From NCBI GenBank assembly GCA_902538515.1, contig CACBFH010000002.1, forward strand, positions 20,893 to 84,892: a DNA stretch of 64,000 nt. The letters are read 5' to 3'. The stretch is from an uncultured Prochlorococcus sp. Its GTDB lineage: Bacteria; Cyanobacteriota; Cyanobacteriia; PCC-6307; Cyanobiaceae. The notes beneath the pieces are model-generated. The model did no database searches. It was not told the DNA's origin and worked only from the letters and a program-made list of their open reading frames with translations. Below, one piece after another: positions 52,583-61,010 of the stretch; position 1 is the first letter of the stretch, and each line of letters begins with the position of its first letter. The translations under genes were made by a program, and so were the position numbers.

Positions 52583-53746
52583 GTCTTTAAATTTTTTCTC
52601 TAATATTAAAGCACTTAAAATTGAGCCTTCAATTCTGCCAAATCCTACACCTTCAAACCAGTCTCCGCAAAATCCAATTCTATATTTTCTACTAAGTTGT
52701 AAAGATAAAGGTACGGCAATGCCAGAGGGCTGTGAAGCTCTCCATTTCATAATAGATATATTTTCATTAAAAGTTAATTTATTTACTAAAGAATTCTTTT
52801 CAAACAGTTTATTAAAATTTGTAATTATTTTTTGTTTAAAAACTTCTTCATCTTTTGCACTTATATAAGATTTAATTAAATCTAAATTTTTTGAATGTAC
52901 TACAATTCCTAATTTATTATTATCTTGCAGCTGAAAAATAATTCTTTCAAATTTATATTTTTTTTCTAATTTATTTTTTAAATAAAAATACCTTTGTTTT
53001 TTAGAATAATAATCTTTAAAACTATAATTATCATTTGTATAAATTAAAAAAGTTAACCTAGGAATAAATGTTTGTTCTTCTAAAAAATTAAACAGTAAAT
53101 CTATTTTTTTATCACAGTTTATAGGAATAGCTTTTCTTAATGGAATTTTATCTACGTTTAATATTTTTAAAGACCTCTTATGTAACAACAAATTAGTTGT
53201 ACAAATAAGGTATTTAGACTTGAATTTATCGCCATTTTTTGATGTTAGTAACCATTCCTTATCATTAAATTTCAAATCAACAATTAAAGTTTCAAAGAAA
53301 AAATCAATTTTCTCTTTTAAATTATTTGAATCAACTATCTTTTTCGATAATTCACTCATAGAATCTAAAGACATATAATTAACCCCGCAAGAAAATTCAG
53401 ATTTTTTTATGATTTTTAAATTAGAATCTTCATTTAGAAAAAATATGTCTGAATCATCAATTTTAATAAATTTATTATCTATTAATTCATCAATATAACT
53501 TTTTAATAGAAGACAATCATTACTGTTAGTTATATTTAAATTTGGAGAGCCATGGTTTAGTTTCCATCCTTTAAATCTTTTGCTTATTCTTGTACTTGAT
53601 CTCCCTCCAAGTCCACGACCAGTCTCAATTAGTGCAATTTTTTTTGTGATATTATTTTTAAGATACTTCGAAGCGAAAACACACGCAGATATACCTCCAC
53701 CTATTATTAATAAGTCATATCTAAAATCACTTTTCATAAGTTTCAT
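52571..53746 (-). CDS. NAD(P)/FAD-dependent oxidoreductase (renalase-like)
   Basis: IIGGGISA, GRGLGGRSSTR, KWRASQP, CGDWF..RIEGS. Confidence 0.85.
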   Translation of the reverse strand: MKLMKSDFRYDLLIIGGGISACVFASKYLKNNITKKIALIETGRGLGGRSSTRISKRFKGWKLNHGSPNLNITNSNDCLLLKSYIDELIDNKFIKIDDSDIFFLNEDSNLKIIKKSEFSCGVNYMSLDSMSELSKKIVDSNNLKEKIDFFFETLIVDLKFNDKEWLLTSKNGDKFKSKYLICTTNLLLHKRSLKILNVDKIPLRKAIPINCDKKIDLLFNFLEEQTFIPRLTFLIYTNDNYSFKDYYSKKQRYFYLKNKLEKKYKFERIIFQLQDNNKLGIVVHSKNLDLIKSYISAKDEEVFKQKIITNFNKLFEKNSLVNKLTFNENISIMKWRASQPSGIAVPLSLQLSRKYRIGFCGDWFEGVGFGRIEGSILSALILEKKFKDLVK

Positions 53747-53757
53747 ATTGACAGAAA

Positions 53758-54561
53758 TTATCTTTCATTTTCTAAAAATCTATAAACAGAATCAAGTTTC
53801 TCTGATGATGAAAAATCAGATTCAATTACAGGAGTAATATTATTATTTTTATAAAAACTAACTAAATCGATTGTGAAATCAAAAAATTTATCTAATGCAT
53901 ATAAAAACTTTTCTGATATATATACCTCTTTCCAAGGACGAAATTTAAACCGGGAAATAAATTGATTAGAAGGAATAAATAAACTTCCAAATAGATTTAA
54001 TTTTTCGTCTTTTGCTACGTTTTTGAGATAAGTCAACTCATTCTGAAGAACTCTAATATCTGTACCATATTGAAACCAAATTGAATTTATTAATCCAGTC
54101 GAAAATTTTCTTTCGAACCTCTCTCTTTCTGAAGAAATCTTATAATATTTTTTCAAATATGGATTGTAAGCTATACCTAATTTAATCTTTAAATTTTCTT
54201 CTTTTTTTAAATATCCTAAGGCATCAATTGAATCAAAGTTTTTTTTCTTATTTGATCCTGACACCAGCAGAATTTCATAATTTCTATTTGTGTAAGAATT
54301 TTTAGTAAAATCTAAAAAATCCTGATATGATTTTTTTTTATTTTTTGAGTATTGATGATAAAGACTATAATGATAAGTAACATTAAATTCCTGGAAATTT
54401 TTAGATATATGATTTATGGTGGAATTAAATAATTCTTTCTTGATAAGTCCTTTACATGGAATATTGATATTTTTTATATTATTTAATTTGCAGAAATTAA
54501 GTTTATTTTCTAGCTGAATAATATTTTTAAATGACAATTCGAATCTTGTACTTTTGTTCAT
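53758..54561 (-). CDS. Hypothetical protein, possibly MTHFR-like barrel
   Basis: LLVSGS, LGIAYNPY and RFERK..G.INSIWFQ spaced like MTHFR core motifs. Confidence 0.55.
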   Translation of the reverse strand: MNKSTRFELSFKNIIQLENKLNFCKLNNIKNINIPCKGLIKKELFNSTINHISKNFQEFNVTYHYSLYHQYSKNKKKSYQDFLDFTKNSYTNRNYEILLVSGSNKKKNFDSIDALGYLKKEENLKIKLGIAYNPYLKKYYKISSERERFERKFSTGLINSIWFQYGTDIRVLQNELTYLKNVAKDEKLNLFGSLFIPSNQFISRFKFRPWKEVYISEKFLYALDKFFDFTIDLVSFYKNNNITPVIESDFSSSEKLDSVYRFLENER

Positions 54562-54592
54562 TATTTAGTATAAAATTTCATCCTTAAACATA

Positions 54593-54846
54593 TTAACGAA
54601 AACAGGCATCTGCTACGATTCTTATTTTTGAAGACGTCTTTGTATTCTTACCTTTTAAAAAATTACTGGGAGAAATATTCAATGCAGCTCTTAAAGAAAT
54701 TTTATCTTCTGTAGATATTGAAATAACTTCATTTAAACATTTCCAATTTTCTGGAATTACTAAACCTTGCCATAATAAATAAAGTTCCGTAAAAACACCG
54801 AATAAAATAAAATTAATCTTATATAAAAATTATTTACTTTACTCAT
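54593..54846 (-). pseudogene. Probable frameshifted remnant of a small protein gene
   Basis: Coding-like pieces in different frames: MSKVNNF, WQGLVIPENWKCLNEV..SPSNFLKGK, SSKIRIVADACFR*. Confidence 0.4.
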
Positions 54847-54979
54847 CAATATAAATAAAAATAAGTTTCAAGTATTTGGGCAAGTAATTAATTATTTCCT
54901 TTTTTTGGTAACTGATTTATCCAAAAAAGGTTTTCATGAACTCGAGAGGTTAGAATATCTAAAAGATTTATTTAAGAAT

Positions 54980-55384
54980 ATGGCAAGCCAGAATTATCTA
55001 ATTGCACTAGCTTTAATAGAGCAAAACCTTGTTAGAGCAATGCCTCTTGGAGGTAAAGAAATTAAAGATAATATAGAGGAATCGGAAAATTTAAAGAAAC
55101 TTGGAGAAGAAGTTATTTTAAATCTTCTAATGAGGGTTTTTCAAAGAAGCGATGAAGGCGCTTTAAAAAGGGCTTCTGAAGAAAAAGGTTTGCTGCTGGT
55201 TCATATGCATCCTAAAAGAATGCAGAAAGAGCTTCCATTCATTAAATCTGAATGGATAAGAGACGGAGACACACAACAATTTTTAAAATACCTTGGTAAT
55301 CTCTCCAAAGAAGTATGGACTGCATCTTTTGTAAAGTACAAAGGGATTGAATTTACTTCAATCTCAAAAAATGAAGAAATCTAA
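54980..55384 (+). CDS. Conserved picocyanobacterial hypothetical protein
   Basis: MASQNYLIALALIEQ..RAMPLGGK; ATG at 54980 preferred. Confidence 0.75.
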   Translation: MASQNYLIALALIEQNLVRAMPLGGKEIKDNIEESENLKKLGEEVILNLLMRVFQRSDEGALKRASEEKGLLLVHMHPKRMQKELPFIKSEWIRDGDTQQFLKYLGNLSKEVWTASFVKYKGIEFTSISKNEEI

Positions 55385-55408
55385 AATACATATATAGATA
55401 TTTTATTT

Positions 55409-56089
55409 TTATAGAATTTCTTTCTTTAAAGTATTATTTTCCTTATAGACTCTAAAACACTTTTTGCCATTACCAAAATCTATTGAGGAATAGTAAAAAT
55501 CGTTTTTAATATGCAAGGCACAATTACCCTCAATACATATACAAGATTCAATAATTTCACTCTGAATAACATCATTAACATAAGGTTCCCTCTCTTTCTC
55601 TTCATCGAAATGCGGGCAGGCAATACCTTCAATTATGCCTAAGCAATCAATTATTGCTAATTCTTCAGCATAAGAATCAGATATACCTTTATCAAACCAA
55701 CAAATAGCCCCAGCACTTACACCACTCATTATAATTCCTTTTTCATATGCATTTCGCAAAATTTTATGTAAATTCCATTCTTTCCAAACAGCTAACATAC
55801 TTTTTGTATTTCCTCCGCCCACATAAATGATGTCTTGAGTTAAAACTTTCTCTTCTAAGTTTTCTGTTCTAGAGAAGAAATCAATATGGCTTGTTATACA
55901 ATCAATTTTAGAAAAAGCTCTATAAAAATTTAGTTTGTACAAACTATTATCGCCAGATGCTGTTGGAATAAAGCAAATTTTAGGTCTTTTTTTATTACTT
56001 AAAGAAACTATATATTTTTCAATTTCAAGAGAGCCTAATGAACGTCCAAACCCTCCTCCCCCAATTGCGACTATATTTTTACTAGTCAT
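55409..56089 (-). CDS. Peptidase E (S51 family)
   Basis: FIPTASGD, YVGGGNT, GVSAG nucleophile, CPHFD. Confidence 0.92.
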   Translation of the reverse strand: MTSKNIVAIGGGGFGRSLGSLEIEKYIVSLSNKKRPKICFIPTASGDNSLYKLNFYRAFSKIDCITSHIDFFSRTENLEEKVLTQDIIYVGGGNTKSMLAVWKEWNLHKILRNAYEKGIIMSGVSAGAICWFDKGISDSYAEELAIIDCLGIIEGIACPHFDEEKEREPYVNDVIQSEIIESCICIEGNCALHIKNDFYYSSIDFGNGKKCFRVYKENNTLKKEIL

Positions 56090-56109
56090 ATTAAATAAAA
56101 GATTTGTAT

Positions 56110-56580
56110 ATGAATTTAAGACAAATTACCATTAAAGATCAACTGGAATTAAAGAAGGTTTATTTTGATTCAATTCAATCTTTAGATGAAAAAATTTATA
56201 GTCAAGAACAAAAAAGAGCCTGGTCAAGCCAAGCTTGGAATCAACCAAATTTTGATAAGTCAATAATTGAAGGAAAAGGATGGCTTATAAGTAAACAAGG
56301 GATTATTATTGCTTTTGCCATAAGATATCCGAAAGATAGAATTGCGTTATTTTACTGTAAAGGTAAATTCCAAAGAAAAGGCTGCGGCTCCAAGTTACTT
56401 CATAAATTAGAAGATGAAGCTAAGAAAGAAGGTTTAGATTCTCTTTATACTGAAGCGAGCTTAATAAGTTATGAATTATTTCTCAAAAATGAATGGAAAA
56501 TTATACGTAAAGAAAAAATAATTATAAATAACATTTTTTTTGAAAGATATAAAATGACTAAAATTATAAAAACTAACTAA
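56110..56580 (+). CDS. GNAT family N-acetyltransferase
   Basis: YSQEQKRAW, FQRKGCGSKLL acetyl-CoA motif, TEASLIS. Confidence 0.9.
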   Translation: MNLRQITIKDQLELKKVYFDSIQSLDEKIYSQEQKRAWSSQAWNQPNFDKSIIEGKGWLISKQGIIIAFAIRYPKDRIALFYCKGKFQRKGCGSKLLHKLEDEAKKEGLDSLYTEASLISYELFLKNEWKIIRKEKIIINNIFFERYKMTKIIKTN

Positions 56581-56582
56581 TA

Positions 56583-56906
56583 ATGTCTGGCAAAAGCAAG
56601 GAATCAATTCTAATTCAAAGGGTTATAGTTTGGGCGTTATACTTTTTTTCAGGATTTATACTTTATTCAAACGAAGGTATTTTGCCTTCAATGATAATTA
56701 CTTTCTCAAGAATTATTTATCCATTATCTATTTTTTGGTTGCAAATAAGAATTAAAAAAAGAACCAATTTTCTGCCCATTGATTCAAAAATGACAACTTC
56801 GCAACTATGGTTCAATTTATTACCCGTTATTGCATCTCTATTAACTGTAATTTTTTCTTTAACTAATTCTTTTTTATATACCCTAGGAAAATTGATTAAC
56901 TCTTAA
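56583..56906 (+). CDS. Hypothetical membrane protein
   Basis: 107 aa, 3 TM, 2 bp after the GNAT gene. Confidence 0.7.
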   Translation: MSGKSKESILIQRVIVWALYFFSGFILYSNEGILPSMIITFSRIIYPLSIFWLQIRIKKRTNFLPIDSKMTTSQLWFNLLPVIASLLTVIFSLTNSFLYTLGKLINS

Positions 56907-57024
56907 ATTAAATAAATTAATATTTATCTTTTAGTTTTTACAATTTCTCTCATAAAAACATAATGTAAAGAAATTTGCCTTTTACTTATATTTGTTTAAA
57001 TTTTAAATAGTGATCAATAAAATC

Positions 57025-57174
57025 ATGAAAAATATTTCATTAAAGGAAAATATTAATTTTGATAAAAAAAAAGATATAAATGATTATGAATTATTCTCTT
57101 TAAAAGTAACAGATAGTTTATATAAAAAAGATATTGGAAAATTCCTTGAAACTCTCTCTTCTCACTTTATTTAG
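57025..57174 (+). CDS. Small hypothetical protein, 49 aa
   Basis: MKNISLKENINFDKKKDINDYELFSLKVTDSLYKKDIGKFLETLSSHFI*. Confidence 0.55.
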   Translation: MKNISLKENINFDKKKDINDYELFSLKVTDSLYKKDIGKFLETLSSHFI

Positions 57175-57266
57175 GAAAATATTCTTTTTCTGATCTTCAA
57201 ATTCAAACAGTCGCACTTATAAATAAGTATTTGAGGGATAATGTGTAAAACCATAAGATCACTCCA

Positions 57267-57584
57267 ATGCAATTATTTCTTGCTGACTGCCAATTCCCAG
57301 GTATTGAGAATCAAGTGAAAGCTTATCAATTTTTTGTAGAAGCATGGGAAAACGGTGAAATTGCAAAATCAGATAAAACAGATAAATTTGAGATGTTATT
57401 TAGAGTTCATGCTCCAGGAGAGGGTAGAGTGGTTTGTTTATGTAAGGCACAGAGTGATAAAGAAATTTTTGAGCATTTTGCTCCATGGAGAGCCAAGTTT
57501 GGCATTCATATGGAATTTACACCTGTAATAAGTTGTCAAAATGTTGTTGATTACCATAAAAATTTGTTCAAAACTTTAGGGTAA
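57267..57584 (+). CDS. DUF3303-like protein
   Basis: FRVHAPGEGRVV and IFEHFAPW..FG...EFTPV. Confidence 0.8.
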   Translation: MQLFLADCQFPGIENQVKAYQFFVEAWENGEIAKSDKTDKFEMLFRVHAPGEGRVVCLCKAQSDKEIFEHFAPWRAKFGIHMEFTPVISCQNVVDYHKNLFKTLG

Positions 57585-57607
57585 TTAGCTTAAATCTAAA
57601 ATTTATC

Positions 57608-57787
57608 GTGATTAAACCTTTTTTCAATCTTATTTATAAAAAAAAAGATAGAAATTTTTCTTCTTCAAAAAGTAAGCCTAAGAAAGAAGAAAACGTCAAA
57701 TCTAAACCATTAATAATACTTGGCTTTATCATCTCATTAACCTCCATCTTTTTACTTTTATTCACCATTAATAATAAATTTGGATGA
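57608..57787 (+). CDS. Small protein with C-terminal TM, 59 aa
   Basis: GTG start; basic region then PLIILGFIISLTSIFLLLFTI. Confidence 0.5.
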   Translation: MIKPFFNLIYKKKDRNFSSSKSKPKKEENVKSKPLIILGFIISLTSIFLLLFTINNKFG

Positions 57788-57857
57788 TATATGAGTAATT
57801 AAAACTATTACCTTGGAACAAATATGTTCTATTATTAATTCAAGAATTACTAACTAA

Positions 57858-57974
57858 ATGGCGTTTAACGAAGGGGGGATGGCATCGGGCCTTCTAATCA
57901 TCGCAGTATCAATAGTTTTTGCTGCCGGTTTTGGATTTTTAATCTTGCATTTTATACCTGGAACTCCATTTTAG
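57858..57974 (+). CDS. Small membrane peptide, 38 aa
   Basis: MAFNEGGMASGLLIIAVSIVFAAGFGFLILHFIPGTPF*; GC richer than flanks. Confidence 0.65.
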   Translation: MAFNEGGMASGLLIIAVSIVFAAGFGFLILHFIPGTPF

Positions 57975-58006
57975 ATTATCCAACAGAATTTGATTCACAA
58001 CATATC

Positions 58007-58276
58007 TCAAACATTAACAGTTTCTAAATCCTGAATTTGATTTTCATCAGAATTAGATTTCTTCTTCAATCTATAGGCATACACTAAAGATCCTAAAGCT
58101 ATGGTACTAGAGGCAAAAATCCCCGATATGAGTATCAAGGCAAAAAGACCTCCTATTAGTCCCCCTTTTAATCTAAGCAAATTTGATTTAATTAAAAGTA
58201 TTGATAAAAAAACAATAGTGGCTTTAAGAGAAGAGATTTTCAAAAAAGTAAATGGAGAAAAAGGACTTAACAACAT
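58007..58276 (-). CDS. Hypothetical membrane protein
   Basis: Hydrophobic GGLIGGLFALILISGIFASS segment; start uncertain. Confidence 0.55.
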   Translation of the reverse strand: MLLSPFSPFTFLKISSLKATIVFLSILLIKSNLLRLKGGLIGGLFALILISGIFASSTIALGSLVYAYRLKKKSNSDENQIQDLETVNV

Positions 58277-58381
58277 TTCTTTGGCAAAATATAATTTGAA
58301 CTAATTCTAAAAATAAATTTTAAAAACCGCATAAAAAAAGACTCAAATGAGTCTTTTAAAAATCCATTTAAATTTGATGAT

Positions 58382-58519
58382 TTATGCATCAGGGTCAAAA
58401 TTCTTTAGGTTTGGACCCGCCACAAGACCAACAAGACCAAAAAGAACTAAAGAACCGATTCCAAAGCCTGCTGCCCAAGGATTGAAACCGCCTAAAGCAA
58501 AAGAAGCCAATAAATTCAT
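58382..58519 (-). CDS. Small Gly-rich membrane peptide, 45 aa
   Basis: MNLLASFALGGFNPWAAGFGIGSLVLFGLVGLVAGPNLKNFDPDA*; ATG at 58519 preferred. Confidence 0.65.
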   Translation of the reverse strand: MNLLASFALGGFNPWAAGFGIGSLVLFGLVGLVAGPNLKNFDPDA

Positions 58520-58720
58520 AATTTTAAAACATATTATCTTCGAGTAAGCATACAGATTTTTATGAAAAATATACCCATATTGAGACATTTCTTCGTAATT
58601 ATCAGAATCGTCTAACTATCCCTTTATAAGAAATCCACAAAATTTTTGTTATTTGTTCTATTATCGAGGCATTATTATTTTGTCGGCACACTTTAAGACC
58701 ATCAAAACTGTTTTTTTCTA

Positions 58721-59101
58721 ATGACTTCCAACTATACCTTTATTTATGATGGAGAATGCCCATTCTGCAATCATTTTGCTGAGCTCCTTGAGATCAAAAG
58801 CAAGATAAATAATATTAAAATTCTTGATGGTCGTAAAAATTTAACTCTAATTAAATCCCTCCTAGAGAAAGGTTATGACTTAGATAAAGGAGCTATTCTC
58901 CTAAAAGATGAAGATATCTTTCATGGAGCAGATGCAATTAATACTATTTGCAAACAGATAAATAATCCCTCAAGTAGTTTACTTTTGTTACTCTCTAGAG
59001 TGTTTAAATCAAATCAACGAACAAATTTGATATTTCCTTTACTAGTCAGAGCCAGAAGATTCGCATTGATATCAAAAGGTATATCAATATCTCTAGTTTA
59101 A
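58721..59101 (+). CDS. DCC1-like thiol-disulfide oxidoreductase (DUF393)
   Basis: YDGECPFC motif, GADAI. Confidence 0.9.
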   Translation: MTSNYTFIYDGECPFCNHFAELLEIKSKINNIKILDGRKNLTLIKSLLEKGYDLDKGAILLKDEDIFHGADAINTICKQINNPSSSLLLLLSRVFKSNQRTNLIFPLLVRARRFALISKGISISLV

Positions 59102-59208
59102 AAATAAAAACTTTCTAAATATTAAATAACATATTTATAAGCTTCTGTATCAATAAATGATTATTAATTATTTCTTAGCTAGAACTAAGTAGCAACAACA
59201 AGTATTAA

Positions 59209-59394
59209 ATGATAGAAAACTTCAATCCCTTTATTTCATTGGGCGGTGATAACCAAAAAGTTAATCATATGGCTGAAGCGGCTCTTGAAATGAATTTAAC
59301 TTGTAATGATTTAAAGAAGGATTTAAATTTAACTGATGGTGATGTAGTGGATATGCTGCAACTTGTCATGGATAGGTTTAAAAATAGTAATTAA
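59209..59394 (+). CDS. Small helical hypothetical protein, 61 aa
   Basis: ATG ORF, aligns with other microproteins in the window. Confidence 0.7.
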   Translation: MIENFNPFISLGGDNQKVNHMAEAALEMNLTCNDLKKDLNLTDGDVVDMLQLVMDRFKNSN

Positions 59395-59438
59395 GTAAAT
59401 ATCGAAATCAATTAATCTCTACATATCTATTATTTTTA

Positions 59439-59741
59439 ATGAAAACAGTACAAATTGAGTTTTCGAAATATGAATTAGTTAATTTTTTATGGCCTGAATT
59501 AATAGAAGACTACGGATTTGATAAAGCTAGAAAAATAGTTTCTCAAGCTATTGACTTACAAAAAATGAATGGGACTAAAAATAGCACCATGCCAATCATA
59601 TTTTCAGGAACAGGAGGATCAGCACTAATACCAATACAAATGTTAGAAAAAGAAAATTTTGAGATTAGTTATAAAGATAATCAAGTTTTAATATTTAATT
59701 TAAAAAGGAAGTCATTTCAAATTTTAAATGAAGCAAACTAA
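59439..59741 (+). CDS. Hypothetical protein
   Basis: LWPELIEDYG.DKARKIVSQAIDLQKM.G. Confidence 0.75.
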   Translation: MKTVQIEFSKYELVNFLWPELIEDYGFDKARKIVSQAIDLQKMNGTKNSTMPIIFSGTGGSALIPIQMLEKENFEISYKDNQVLIFNLKRKSFQILNEAN

Positions 59742-59807
59742 TCTAAATTAGTAATTTCTCGATAAAGCTAAAATTACTTTATAGTCTATTTATAAGTTCT
59801 AGTAATA

Positions 59808-60524
59808 ATGACTTTTGAAGCGACTTACCTTGGATCAAATGGTTGGCTTATAAAATTTAAAAAAACCAATTTAATTATTGATCCTTGGCTCAAAGGAGAT
59901 TTAGTATTTCCTCCAGGTGAGTGGTTTTTTAAAGGATCATTAGAAGAAGAAATTTCAATAGATAAAAAAATAGATATTATTTTGTTAACCCAAGGATTAC
60001 CTGACCACTGTCATGTTCCAACATTAGAAATGTTCAGAAAGGATATTCCTATAATTTGTCCTAAAAGTGCTGTTGAAACATTAAAAAAAATTGGTTTTAG
60101 TTCAATTAAAGTGCTTAAGCCAACTGAAACTGCAAATCATTTTAATTTAAGTTTTGAAGCCACTGCTGGGGCTCCAGTGCCACAAATAGAAAACGGATAT
60201 ATTGTTAAAGACGGTCAAGATAATGGGTTTTATATAGAACCCCATGGATATCTTGATGAAAATTTAAACAAGCAAAGTCTTGATGCAGTCATTACTCCTA
60301 CAAAAAATCTAGAATTACCCCTAGTAGGTTCTTTTGTAAAAGGTGCTGATGTAATCCCTAAATTGATTAACAAATTCAATCCAAAATATATACTTTCAAG
60401 CACCATAGGTGGAGATGCAAAATATTCAGGTTTTTTAAATAATTTTATTTCAGTTCAGGATTATGAAGAGGAATTAAATTGTAATCTTGTAGATCTAAAG
60501 AGTATGCAATCTATAATAATTTAA
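59808..60524 (+). CDS. MBL-fold metallo-hydrolase
   Basis: YLGSNGW, IIDPWL, LLTQGLPDHCH, ENGY. Confidence 0.85.
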   Translation: MTFEATYLGSNGWLIKFKKTNLIIDPWLKGDLVFPPGEWFFKGSLEEEISIDKKIDIILLTQGLPDHCHVPTLEMFRKDIPIICPKSAVETLKKIGFSSIKVLKPTETANHFNLSFEATAGAPVPQIENGYIVKDGQDNGFYIEPHGYLDENLNKQSLDAVITPTKNLELPLVGSFVKGADVIPKLINKFNPKYILSSTIGGDAKYSGFLNNFISVQDYEEELNCNLVDLKSMQSIII

Positions 60525-60678
60525 ATCGATCCAAAAAACCTTTAATTAAGTCATTTAGCATAAAAGTAAATCTACTTTAAAAGGAGCTCAAAAAATTAAT
60601 TCATTCTTTATTACCTCAATACTTTTATTAGCTTTAAATAGTAGCTATGAATGTGAAAATTCAAAGCTTAATCTTGTC

Positions 60679-60960
60679 ATGAGAAATAATATTAATGGTG
60701 ACTTTTCCATAGTAGAAAAGATATCTGAGTTAAAGCCAGGAGCATTCATAAATATAAATTGGAATAAAAAAAAGCTTATGCTTCCATATTCTCTAAGAAA
60801 AGATTATATTTCCTTTACAGATAAAAAATGGGAGTGGAGGTACCAATTTAATAAGGACGGATCGCCTGATATAAATAATCCTTCTTTATACGAATTACTT
60901 CCTTCAGGAAAAGTTAAAGCACATTACTGTCAATCGGAAGATAAAAGTTCTAACTTATAA
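60679..60960 (+). CDS. Hypothetical protein
   Basis: 93 aa ORF, ISFTDKKWEWRY. Confidence 0.7.
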   Translation: MRNNINGDFSIVEKISELKPGAFININWNKKKLMLPYSLRKDYISFTDKKWEWRYQFNKDGSPDINNPSLYELLPSGKVKAHYCQSEDKSSNL

Positions 60961-61010
60961 TTGCAAAATAAATATTTTAGATTTTTTAACTTCTGAACTT
61001 CTTTATAAAT

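Noticed and set aside
58520-58715. Possible gene remnant upstream of the 45-aa peptide
   Set aside because: Fragments are short and not recognisable without a homology search
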